Below, piece by piece: positions 51,926-64,000 of a stretch of 64,000 nt of DNA; within the stretch, counting starts at the first letter, position 1, and each line of letters starts with the position of its first letter. The DNA comes from Zygnema circumcarinatum SAG 698-1b (taxonomy: Eukaryota > Plantae > Zygnematophyceae), in the NCBI GenBank assembly GCA_037447605.1, contig CM074810.1:1026880-1090879 (forward strand), given 5' to 3'. The notes under the pieces are model-generated. The model did no database searches and was not told the origin of the DNA. It saw nothing but the letters and a program-made list of their open reading frames with translations. Made by a program: the position numbers and the translations under genes.

Positions 51926-54900
51926 TCAATCTTCCAACACAGGCAGCCTGTTCACACTGAGCCCCGCTCCGGATGAGGTCTGAACCACTCCCTCAGGCAG
52001 CAGCCCTGCAGACTGCGGCGAAGGGCTGCCGCCCTCCGAGTCAGTTCGGCTAAAGGAACGCGGAAGGATGCGGAGGCGGCAGTTGGGATGTGCGCCGACC
52101 CGCTCCACTTGCAGGCGGTACTCGCCCATGAGCTTGGTTTGAAGCTCCAACACACTCTCTCCGCGAGGGAGCAACTCTACTGGCTGCCTTAAAGGAAGCA
52201 CAAGCTGCTCCACTGCGAGTCTCGCCTCCTGCAGGGAGAAAGCAAGCGAGCAGCTGCTTTTGGTTCAAACTTAGAGACCGACGACTGACTTCCTTCAATG
52301 GGAGGAAATGAAAAAGGAAAACGATTCCAACCCTAAGAAACAAAGAAAGAAAAGCTTGAAAGGACCCTTTCTCGTATAGCAAAGAGAGCTCACCTCCAGC
52401 GCATCCGCCCCATCTTCTAGTGTGGCTCTACTGCCCACTGCCAACCACTTTGAAGTTCCCATTGCCTCCTCCTCCGGCTTCCCTTTCAACGACCTGCCTG
52501 AGGGAGAGGTTCCATGGAGGCCAACTGGGTCCAGTCCAGTTATCGCTCGCATAGCACGCACCATCTGTGCTGGAGTGTTGGCCTGCATACATAAACAAAC
52601 TTTACTCTGTGATTACAAACATCAAGTTTTTCACGAAGGGAAGGCCTTGATGCTTTGGTTTGCAACCCTCACCTTGATGGCAAACACAGGAAGATGGCGG
52701 TACTTGGCCATGCTGCGGATCCATGTGTTCTGTTTCAGTTTGGATCGTAGCGCAAGGACAGCATCCGCCATTCCTATGTCCTCCGTAAACTCCACCGTCC
52801 CCTCCAACCCAAGCCCCTCCAAGACCTGCTCTAAGGGCCCTTCTGCTATCTGTGTGCTCCAACCACCCCCCCTCCTTTTGCATCTCAAACAACAACCACA
52901 ACAACAACAACAACAACAACATGACATTGACTCAATTCAAAATGACCCCATTTTGGCACTCATGAGAGTACAAGCCCAGTGTATCATGGGTTTTTAAATT
53001 TCTTCAGAGAAGTAAAAGCTTTACCTGGTAAGTGTACAGCAACAGTGGAGAATTTCTACTCCTGTTTTGCATTGACAAGTGCTCCAAAGGACCCCCCTTT
53101 GTTCGTTCCTTCTCCTCCTCTGCCTCGTCGTCTTCCTTCCCTTCGCCGTCACTGTCACTCATGTCGGAAAATTCGCCCTCCTCATCGAGCCGATCCGTGA
53201 ATGTCTGTTCCTCGGTCTCCTTTGAACTCCTCAGCATCACTCTCCCCTGCTCATCCATTCGCCGAATCTCAACTAACGGCGATCTTCCTGCCTCCATCAG
53301 CAGTTGCTGCACTCAGACTTCACGTCAACAAACAGAAAAGCTGCAAATAAAACTGCTCGCTCTTCTTCAACTGCTGCATCCTCATAGTCTTTGGAAACAC
53401 CATCTTTCTCTCTGTACTGCAAACCTCTGTACACTTTTCCCATAGCCAACCGATATCCTTTTCTTCACCAGTGACTACACAGAGAATGAAAGAAGGATTG
53501 CTTGCTCCATTAGCGAGTGTGGGATAGGTACAAAGGAGACTTTTTGAGATTCAAAAAATATACCTGCAAGGAGAGCATCTACGGTTGCTGCAAGACTGCG
53601 ATGTACCCGCCATTCTGAGCGAGAAGCCATCTCCACTGCTGCTGTGAACACGGGGGGACCCTGCCTTTCCAAAACACTCTTCTGAACCCCTCTTCTTCGA
53701 GCTTCCTCATCTCCCAATGTCACACTCTGCACAAAAGTTCAACATCGACTCAGTGCCTGTGATTCTATCTCCATGTTCAGGTTTGAAACTGTTGCTTTCA
53801 TTTCTGTGCTAGCGGGTGAACAGGTTCTAATAACTGTTTCTTCATGAACCGTTTCGTTGGCAATCATAAAGAAGGGATTACTGTTACTGTTACTGCACCT
53901 GAATTCCGCCTGCGAGGTTCTGGAGAGAGGGATTCTTTATAAGGTTGTCTACCGACATTCCATGTGCTGTTCCTACAAGCTGCACTCCCCGCTGTGCAAT
54001 TGTGCCTGCTGCAAGGGCCTCCAGTTCTGTTCCAATCTCATCAATCACAATGGACTGCGGCATGTGATTCTCCACTGCTTCAATCATTACCTGCTCCCCT
54101 CCCAATACGATATCAATGTTCACATGGACATGGGGAATCTGCATCAACGATTGTCATGTCTGTCTAAAACGACGACAACGTTGATGTTTCCGATGTCCAG
54201 GTCGCTCTACAAAAAGTCATGAAACATTTCCTAACTCAGTTTCTTTCAGTTTTTAGCGAATGTAGAACTGAATTTGAATCGTTTGGAATACCTCGTGCTG
54301 CATTTCTACCAGCGGGACCTGCATGCGGCGGGCCCTCCCAATGCCTTCATGCGGAATATCTCCATCTCCGCCGATTTCGTTTGAAGTATCCACTATCACC
54401 ACCCGCTTCAAATATTCATCAGCAAGCAGACGAGCCACTTCCCTGCACAGATTGGCAACAGTCAGTGCACAGCAACTAACTCCACACCAAATGAACAGGA
54501 CAAATACAGAAGGTAATATTTGCGATTCCAAGACTGTAACTAGACGATGAGTAACAAAAACAAATAGGTATGCAGGGTAAGTCTGACCTAATAGCTGTCG
54601 TTTTGCCTACTCCTGGCGGACCCATGAGAAGGAGAGACCCTCCAGTAGCCACGAGATCACGAACCATTTCTGCACTTCCTGAAATTGCCCGGCCAACTCT
54701 ACAAGTAAGACCCACTATTTTTCCAGCTCGGTTTCTGATGGCACTGATACGATGAAGGGTTCGATCAATGCCCGCGCGATTGTCTCCTCCAAACTCTCCA
54801 ACCTATAGCCTCCAAACACGTGCTGCCCCTTTAGGGTAGTACGAAATGCACCAGTACAGTCATGGCCCTCATTCAACATTCCTTTTGAAAAAAAAAAAAA

Positions 54901-55916
54901 AGGGGCGGTAATGACCCTTTCGGTCTCCTTCCTCCTCTCACTTCCGATCTCTTCCTAGTTTCCAAACTTGAGCCGAAAAAATGAAACTGATCAACTAGGA
55001 AACCCGAAGGTATCAACAAGATGCAGAGACAAAAGCAGCGTATTGCAAAGAGCTCGAGGTGTAAAACATGCTTTCTTGGATTGGTGAAACATCTGAATTC
55101 GGATGGCAAGCGTCATATCTCAGACTGTGCATAGTAGTCACTCATGATTCAGGCTAGATGAGGGTTCCTTTTCTAGACCTGTAGAATCAAGCAAGCATGT
55201 AGAGATAGCTCAATAGAAATAACTCCCTCAGATTCTTCAGCATGGCCATCGTCAATTCCGGAACAGATTGACTTGAAGGAGGGCTATTTTTTTCTTTTTT
55301 TTGTGAAAAACGTGCTAAAGTGGCGACAGACGCATTACCATACCTGAGAAACTGCAAACTCCAAGTCTTCTGTGGTTACCGGCTCCTCAGAGATGTTGAC
55401 GTCGCCATGAGGAAATCTTGCCAATGGCCGCCTACCCAGGTCCAGCACTATTTCGACCAGCTCCGCCACATAAGCTCCGTTTTGGCCCTCTAATGATTCT
55501 AACTGCTTTCTAATTCTCTCAGGAAGTAGGGTCAGGAGCAGATTGAGTTCTTCTAGAAAACTGGAAGTAGGCTGCAACCGACGATTTGAAGGGAGACGAG
55601 CAGAAGGAGGGGAGGATGCGGGTGCAGATGGGAACAAGGCTGGATGATTTGCTTCTGGAGCTGGCAGTGCTCTCAGCTTCCATTTTCCCCATTCTAAATG
55701 CAACTCTAAGCGTTTCTTACTCAAGATCACACGTTCTGACTGGAACGAAGATGGCTGCAGATCATACAAGCCAAATCTTAACCCATAACATTCACTAATC
55801 TTACAGAAAATGCGAGAGGAACCCAACAAAGAATTCCACCTCTCTCTTTGATATGTTCCTGACGGCAGACCAGGGCGCTTTGAAACAGCTAGCGGTTGCA
55901 TCACATTTGCAGCCAT
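51926..55916 (-). CDS. SPD1: ycf45/SpoIIIAA-like P-loop ATPase, plastid-targeted, SEEDLING PLASTID DEVELOPMENT 1-like, ~9 exons
   Basis: [17 protein letters not shown] / [40 protein letters not shown] (Walker A) / [27 protein letters not shown] / [18 protein letters not shown] (Walker B) / [20 protein letters not shown]. Long C-terminal extension ends [10 protein letters not shown]. Confidence 0.9.
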
Positions 55917-56142
55917 TTCCACCCAAAGATTTCACAGAAGCTTTAAACGCATGCCTGCCAACAGTATCTGCTCATTTCAGCAATCCTGTAACCAAATCCT
56001 TGCTAACCCTAAAAACAGTCACAAACCCTAAAACTCGCCAGATCGCCCACAAGCCTCCACACAACAAGAAGGTCCGTTTGAAGCGCCTCGCCCGCATCTT
56101 CTTCTTCTCCTGCGCCCGAGCAGCACAGCTGGACGTGGCGCA
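55917..56142. promoter_or_regulatory. Compact bidirectional promoter (SPD1 / mtTatB) with telo-boxes
   Basis: 226 bp separate the divergent ATGs. TAACCCTAA at 56004-56012 and AAACCCTAA at 56023-56031. Confidence 0.7.
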
Positions 56143-58538
56143 ATGCCGCTCGGTCTCTCCTACGGGGAGGTGGCGTTCATTATTCTTGCAGGCACTGCAG
56201 CATTTGGTCTGCTGCTTCTCTCTCCTTCTCCTGCATTTCCATGTTTCAAGGATCTTTCCAGCTGGAAGCTATGGCAACATTGCTGAGGGAAGATGGGCTG
56301 TGGGCTTGAACAGGTCCTAAGGACATCCCTATTGTTGCAAGAACCGCTGGAAGGTTGGCTGGGCGCGCTGTCGGATACTTGAAAAGCGTGCGCAATACAG
56401 TGGGATCGTTTACAGACCGCGCACAGATCTCAGAGGTGACTTCCCCCTCTCCAGTTGTTAAGAAATTAATAGGAGATTACTACGAAGTCATCGTTCCTTC
56501 TTAAAAAAATGAGAGGTGTTATGGACGATTCCAGTAGTTTTGACCACCAGATCACTTGAATGAGGGAATTGTGTCCTAGAAGAGTAACTCTCGATAGGAA
56601 GAAAGGCGCGTGGTGTTTGCCGCAGTGTCAAAATGACGATGAGCAGCTTCAGCTTTCAGTCTAACATATTGTGGCAAATTCGTTTTTGTTAAACTCATTG
56701 AAACATTGAAAACTGTTAATCGTCAGTGAAAACGAGTAAACACTGTTTAGCTTGCAAACGAAAACTCAAAATGCTGGCAACACTTGTTCACTCAAAACAC
56801 TCTGTCATCGTTGTGAACCTCTATTTTAGTTTTTGCGGTTGGCCTTGAACCTTCGTTTGTTTTAAAAATGCAAAAAATTAGCACATAGTGGTAATTTCAT
56901 GGAGGCTTAGTTGTGGCACAGCAAGGGCTAGCTTCTTACTTGATGCACTACAACTATGTGATCTTGCGCAAAACCCTGAGCTTCCTCCTGCAAAGTGTAA
57001 AGATCATTTTCTACATCTCAGACACCTCAGACAGTTGTAAAAGAGCTCTGCTCTATCCGTTGCACATTCCTTTGTGGTCCTTTCATCTCATGCGATGGTC
57101 TGAATCTATCTCTTTGCTTGGAGATGTCGACAATGCAGCTCCATATGGAGCTCCAACAGGCCACAGCGCAACTGGATGCCATTCGTCATGAGCTTCGGTC
57201 GGGCATCTCCCTCCTGCCGGCAGGCCCTCTCACTCGGCAGGTCCTGCAGCATGTCTCAAGTGGTGAGTCCCTCATATCAGCAGACTTTCACGTGAAAGTA
57301 TAGAGGCAAACGAGGTGGTACTGCGTGTTCTTATCAACAGTGATGTTGACGAGATTTACTGGCGAGAGTTGAACATAGCAAGCTTTTCGCTCGCAGTTGA
57401 CTTGCCTTGGAAGACAGTCGGTTTTCCTGAGTAGCCGGTTTTCAAGTTTGAGAATGGGGAGCCTACTGAAAGTACTGCTTGTAATCTCCAATAACTGATG
57501 CGGACATTTTTATGGTAACATGCGGACTGCAATGTTTGTTTTTCCCTTGAAAACAGTCCCGTTCTTCTTATTCTCAACATAATGTGTGTTCCAAGTTTGC
57601 TTGTCAGCTCCGTTACTCAAGACTCTTTGTTCGCTGTTGTAATGTGCAGGAGTGCCTGCCTCTCAAATGGATCGTGCTGGCAGGGCCGAGCAGAGCAACC
57701 GTCAAGGAGAAGGAGTGGCTGCCTCCCCCTCGTTGCCGCAAGGAGTAGTGCTACAGCAGGAAGACTTTCCTGCTCCTCAGAGTGCACCTGACAGTCCTAC
57801 ATTCCCCATGTCTAGATTTTCTTCCCCTCATACAGCAGACAATACTGGCTCTCTGGTTTACAAGGACTTGATCGCTGCTTCCCGGAACCGTCTTTCAGCG
57901 AATTCCGAGTACAAGCATGGCGACTCCACTCCTTCCCTGAGGAGTGAGGTGCAGGATGCTGCTGCCTTGGAGAGGTCGAGTCCTGCAAGGTCTGCATCAG
58001 CTGCTGTGGACACCTCGTTAGAAAGTGAGAGGGGGTCGTATGCAGAGAGACTACTTCCAATATCAGCTGCCAGTGCGGGCTTGATACCACAGCGCAAAGG
58101 TGTAGCTCCAAACCATTCAAACTACTGTGTCTATATCTCTCTCTCTCTCTGTCGCTTTTTCTCGCCTCTCTCCCCCTCGCTTTCTGTCTCTCCTGCTGCA
58201 GCTTCTAGCTGTTACTGCATGTACTATTTCTTATTCCTGTCAGGTACTGAAATGACAGAATACGGCTGTATTAGAATCATTGTGTTCGGCATCTGCTGAC
58301 GCCTCTTTGTCTGTCCTGATTATAACTGAAGGCTTTTGCGGATATCGACATATTCAAGTATTGCTCTGAAATTAGTCGAGGACTCATCCAGCAGTTCCTT
58401 GTTGTGCCTTGTTCCTTGTTGCCGTATGGTGCAGGCGGAAATCTTTCTGGCTCAGACATCCTCTCAGACGCCCTTGTTGAGGAAGAGGTTGCCTCACATG
58501 CGCTCCGTTTCATGGACCGCTCTCTGCCTGCGTCGTGA
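56143..58538 (+). CDS. tatB: Mitochondrial-type TatB (twin-arginine translocase subunit), 5 exons
   Basis: MPLGLSYGEVAFIILAGTAAF / GPKDIPIVARTAGRLAGRAVGY.. / LHMELQQATAQLDAIRHELRSGISLLPAGPLTR / ...LPISAASAGLIPQRK / GSDILSDALVEEEVASHALRF..*. Has the TatA/B hinge GP and matches recalled plant mtTatB motifs. Confidence 0.88.
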
Positions 58539-59925
58539 CGGATAGGCAGCTTCTATGTGCAGCTTCACTGCAGGTCATGCTAATGATCTTTTCATGGAAC
58601 TCGAACCATGGTCAGATACAGCCTACTTTTTTTGTGGGGGAAACCTACGAGCAGGTCTCCTCAGCCAATCGGATGAATCGAACAAGTGGCATCATTCTGC
58701 CATCCTCCGAAGATGCTGCATTTCCAGCACCATTCTGTGGCAAGAGGGTGAGTATCAACGGCGGCTGCTCGTGGTTTTCTGGCTGGTCTCCTCCTCACAA
58801 ACTCAGCAAAAGCAACTTGCCCTCTAAGAGGCAGGTTCGATTCCTGAAGTGAAGTTGTCAACGGGGAACATCACGAATGTGCCGCCTTTCTCTTCTCCTC
58901 CAGCAACCCCTTTATAAAGGCATTCCCGAGTTTCTGGTTGAATGAGCTACGCGCAGAGAGAGGGTGGGAGTGAGGGAACAGGAAGGGAGCCGCGGAAGAA
59001 GTGGAGCAAGACCGCAAAAGGGCGGAGACTTTGCTTTACGTAGTCAGTGCCACATGTGGAAAATACGGCATTGCTGTTAATAGAGCGCTGCGTATTATGT
59101 TGGACGGTTGCGATGCCCGCAATGAACTTCTCCAAGAATACAGAGGTATTACAATGGCATTGCAAGCAAAGCCAAATTCAAGCCGCTCGGCTGTTTAGAG
59201 TGATAGAGGGAGATTTCACACCTTTGCTAAATTTATCCAACGCTGCCACAGACTTATATGCAATGGCATTGCCATAGGCTTTGTTTTCTAGTGGAACGTT
59301 GCAAAAGCCTCATGCCTATAGAATTGAGGTCACTGTCACTTATAATTCAAGACAAGCATTCCTACTTTGTCAGTAATGTCTACACAATGTACCTGCTCTA
59401 CTCTGCCTATTCTCCCTCGGTATAATCGTGTTGTTTCCTAGATGAATACAAATGAATAGTTCGATGTCGCAGGTCTCCATATCAATGCTTCATGCTTCAC
59501 TCTCTCCATCATTATGCATGGCTTATGTCCCATGTTCAACCGACATAGCGTGCAAGGCGAATGGTGTCAGTGTGCTGCATGCCAATAACCTTAACCCTAA
59601 TTTCATGAACAACGCAACAACAAACTGACCAGAGAGGGGAGCTACTTCTGCCCTCAATTCTCATACCGAAGCTCAGGCTTCGTTTGGATCGTGCAACAGT
59701 CCACATAACTAAAGACTGTAACTCTCACATGGAAAGGGTCTTTCCATGGGTGACACTGTACAAACAGGAGGCTCGTCGAATGCCTTCAACAATACGGGCC
59801 AGTCCAAGCAGGAGGTGCGATGAAGCTGAGAGAACATTTGCTGCAATACTTCGAAGAAAAGTCGCCTCATTTGTACATGGTGCAAAAATGCCGCGGTTAC
59901 TCTTGTCTCAGTGCAAAAAGGCACT

Positions 59926-61370
59926 TCATAGTTCCTCCCTCGCATCTTCATTTTCATTTTCATAATCCTCTTCTTCTTCTAAATCATCGTCGGCAGAGGG
60001 AGAATACTCATCATCATAGTCCCATACCCCAAGATCGTCACGCTCTGAGTTCAAACTCCCTCCATCCTCATCTATTGAGTCAGTTGCCGCCCCCCAGCAA
60101 CTTCCAAACTGGCCTTGCACCTCATTCAGCAGCGACTTCTTTACCAGTCTCAATCGCAAAATTATTTCCCATTCTCGACTGCGAGATTCCCATTCCTTTT
60201 TGCAGACCTCGTTTTGGTAAATGAGGTCCGAAGTCTCCCTGCAGTTCAAGAGTTGTCCTAGTTCCACCTTGTCATGTTCATAGCTCGTGCTAAAGAGAGC
60301 GAGCATGTCAGAGACCCTTGCGTGCAATACAAACATAGCCGTTTGCATTGCATGGACGGCATATTGCGGATACTTCAGCAGCTCCTCACAATGTTGGACT
60401 GAGAAATCAGAACCCACGGCAATGCTAACATTGGCCAACTCCTCATATGAAAATTCTGGGCCACAAACACATGACAGACCCAAAAACAGTTAGCATTAAG
60501 CCCAAGAGATAAGATGCTTAAGGAAATAATTTAGGCATGCCCGTTTGCTCTGACTTATATTAATCAGTTCCCCACATGACAGGCCATCCCAGAAGCTATG
60601 CATCGTCCCTCTTCATTAAAAAAAGACTTGGCTGAGCATGGCGGCAATCATGACTTTCATCAATTAAATTGTCATTTCTAGGTTGGTTAAACTCGTCAAT
60701 ACGGGACATCCTTCTGAATGTTCCAATATAATGTGTATTAAGCAGTCAGTGTCATTCAAACAATAAAGCAATCACTTCCATCATCTGCAGACACTGTATC
60801 CACTAGCAATGCCGATGTTACTCATGAGCTGTCTCTTTTCCCCCTCTCCAGCTTCAGTTTGCACTTTACCATCCCTTAGACTGTGAAAATGCAGATACCC
60901 TTTATCACTCTCTGTTGTAGCACCCCCCCTCTCCATTTCCAGTCCTGCTGCCACCCTCACTCGTCTCCTCCTTCTCCTCACCTTCTTGCTATCCACAGCT
61001 TTCTTCTGCACTCCCAATTCTTTCTTTTCCAATTCTTCATTCTCTGTCGCTACCCTATTTCACTATTCGCCTTTGCTCATTCTCCGTCCACCCTTTTTGT
61101 CAACCATCACCATCGCTTTTCCCTTTTTTCCAGAAAAAAGAAAAGCTTACCCCGCTCCTTGTTGGCTTATCCTTTCCCATTTGTCTCCCCTCACCCCTTC
61201 CTCCCCACTCCAATCATTTCAAGCTTGGTACACCTCCTCTCTTCCCGCTACATCCTCATGGCCACTTTCTATCAGCAACTGTAGCATATTACCTTACCAT
61301 TCAAGAGTTAACCTAGCGTGATCGGATGCACTGCCAATTAGATAGGGGTGCCTTGCTATCTTTTCATATA

Positions 61371-61409
<39 letters not shown>

Positions 61410-63200
61410 TATCTTTTCTTATTTTTTCTTTTCTGGGATTAGCCAAAGTGGAACATACCTTCACTGTCTATCTCAAACAGATAGATGGCAGCAAGCGCAG
61501 CAACAAGCCTTGGTTCAACTTGAGCACTCTTTCGAATAGTGAACCCCACATCCTCTGTGTAGTCAAGCATCCAACTCTCCGAGTTGATCTCCTCGTGCCC
61601 CCTCACCATATTTTCCACCTCATCCTTGGCTTTTTCTGCCATATACTCTGCCTTCTGCCTGTGAGATTCATCATAACTCTCTTCATTACTCTTTGATATG
61701 TAGTATTCCACCACATCACTGATGGTTCTGAACAAAACAGCATAATCGTTCGCGGGTTCTGAGGGGACAAAGCCATATGCCAAAGCAAGCTCATCACTTG
61801 GCTTCTGTCCATAGGTAGTATACACCGGCATACCCTCTGCAACAGAATCAACGGCAGAAAACGAGCACGATCTCCCGTCTGTAGCACACTGAAAGCAGCC
61901 AAACATGGTCCCCCATGAGCGAAATAGAAGGAAAAGGAGATCACAGCAAACAGACACTTTCAGCAGATCTGACTGTCCCTGCTCGCATTTTCATGTTCTC
62001 GGCTACATGAATAGGAATTCTAGAGTTGCAGGTACACAAGCACCCAAACATATTCACATAGCATCGGGTGCTGCCGCACGGCAACAATACAATACAATAC
62101 TGTTATACAATGCTGTTATTGTTGATCAACAATAACAGTATTTTTAGACAGCCTTTGGCATCGCTTTCTAGGAAGGGTTTCACGGGCAGGGGATATGACA
62201 AAAAGCTCTTACGGTCCAATATGCTTGAAAGTGGTCATGGTGGTTCAGCATATCCGCAAACGGTACGAACACAAGGTTCCATTCGTCTATGTACCCTTCT
62301 CCACTTGTCTCGTTTTCTACGGCTAATGACGAGAAAGTACGTGACCATATGATGGACATGGCCCATGCAAAGTCCTCATAACTTGCATTAGCGATCTTTT
62401 CAGGAATGCATCGTTTGTACTCCAGTTCCCAGTCTGCTACAGTCATATGAACCTGCCAAGAAAGGCCGGGCAACCATCAAAACAGTCCATATTGAACGTC
62501 AAGTGGCAAGAGGAGTAACTCTTGCTGTTACCGTGCCAAAAATATATATGAAAAAATTGATCATTCCAACTGCTGCTCACATAAAGATTAAATTGGTTAC
62601 CAGGAACAAGTGCACGATAAGGGTTCTTGTCAGCTATGGGGTGAAAGGAGGGCAGGGAGAGGAAGGTCAATTGACTAAAAGAGGCGGGAAAACCGAACTG
62701 AAGTCGCACCCAGCCTTCAGCAAACTAAAGAGGGTCTATTCAACAATCTTTCCTTCGACGAGGGCCAAAGGCAGAGAGACAAGCAACACTTCGTAATAAG
62801 AAAGTGTCAGAGAATGCTCACATCAGTGATTAACTTCTCGTATTCAAACTCCTTAACAAGGTCCGGTTCAAACAACATAGGTAGTGGCACGTAGCTGGGA
62901 ATGCTCGAAATATACGGAGCGAAGAAGGATTCCTTGCCCTTAGCCTTTTCTATAAGGAGCCATGCAGCCATAGCTGTATAGTGACGATACCAAATCTGAC
63001 TTTCTGGATGATCGTGTGGAGCAAAGCCTTTGGCTATTAACTTACTACTAGATATGATGAGCTTGCTTGGCACAGACAAAAGGATTGTCCCAGCTTCTAT
63101 ATTCTTGTTTGCAACCAGACTAATATCCGCTCTGCAGCCAAAGCATGCCTCACAAATCAAACCGTTAGTGTGCCTGCAACATTCCTTTGCCTTCACAAGA
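59926..63200 (-). CDS. SET-domain protein lysine methyltransferase (Rubisco LSMT/SETD3-like class); 5' exons uncertain, possibly beyond the window
   Basis: LVANKNIEAGTILLSVPSKLII..LLIEKAKGKESFFAPYISSIP / FAWAMSIIWSRTF..VPFADMLNH / VYTTYGQKPSDELALAYGFV. C-terminal LSMT substrate-binding-like helix (LALFSTSYEHD..IILRLRLVKKSLL) and an acidic tail. Confidence 0.88.
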
Positions 63201-64000
63201 AAGGCAAACTTCTGCCATTTGATTGTACGTTCGTCACAAGTGAACACTACTCAATAAACGAAAAAGACAACCAGCTTTATGGACTGACTTCCACTACATA
63301 AATGAATATGGGCTTGACAGTTTTGGTACGTGGCTGCATCCAGTTCACCAAACTCGAAGACCATCCAGGAATTTACAATAATCTTGGCATGCATTTTAGT
63401 TCTGCAGCCATGTTTCATTGATAAGCAGTCACGTAACTGGCAGATAATATACTTGTGGTCTAATATCAACAGATGGAGTGCATCCTGAAAAATAAGAGCC
63501 TACGTTTCCTTGTTACTCCTTATCACATGATGGGATTTACATAGACGTAGTAGAAAACGAAAAAAAAAGTCAAAGAAAAGAAGAAAACAAAGAAGTCTTC
63601 CTCATATCAAGACATATTTCAACCCAAACTTCGGACAAGTGAACACTGAGACCTTGGTAACTTTACTGTGAGGATTTCCTGAATTGAGAACTTTAAATTA
63701 AGGTTCAAATTGGGCAGATCCCAACTTGACATGCAAAGTGCCTCACTTAGACTCTCCTAACGTCTCATTGACCTTCGGTTCAGAAATATAGAGCCCCTGC
63801 CTTGAGTTTGTTCACGTTTGTTAGCGAATCTCCTTTATGAGACTTCAACGCCCATAAAAAAAAAATTGCACTCTGCGGCAAGAAGCTGCAATGAGACACC
63901 CGGTAAACGATAAATATTGTAGACTTAATGCTTATTTCAAGCGTGCTAATTATTAACGAGCCTCGACAAGTAGTGAACAGTGTCGAATCAAACATTTTTC

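Noticed and set aside
58832-58846. CAGGTTCGATTCCTG resembling a tRNA T-arm/B-box
   Set aside because: No acceptor stem, D-arm or anticodon arm can be built upstream.

Overview
Eukaryotic, intron-rich nuclear DNA from a green plant. The gene set is streptophyte-like, and a PKD2/TRPP channel suggests a non-angiosperm such as a charophyte alga or early land plant (inference). About 12 spliced genes are recognisable by manual exon reading: DUF3537 protein (partial), HR-lesion protein, TMEM14/FAX5-6, POLE3/DPB4, VMA21, a conserved plant membrane protein, a Snapin-like subunit, a ~15 kb PKD2-like channel, KAB1, a TPR protein, SPD1/ycf45-like ATPase, mitochondrial TatB and a SET-domain methyltransferase (5' end uncertain). 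There is one solitary, divergent but structurally intact 5S rRNA gene. Most long ORFs in the track are artefacts of GA/CT low-complexity tracts. The most unusual observations are: (1) a recurring dyad of two facing CCAAT-N9-CCACG (ERSE-type) elements with exact spacing at four loci; (2) a PKD2-like channel whose extracellular loop carries an LNR repeat and an apparently ligand-less cupredoxin-like module; (3) the 5S gene with compensatory changes in several helices; (4) a family of CAACCATTG/CAATGGTTG palindromic repeats; and (5) an intronic (TTAGGG)8 array plus telomere-like minisatellites. Exon boundaries were read by eye and are approximate. Family assignments come from remembered motifs, not from a database search. 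Four 10-N scaffold gaps are present.
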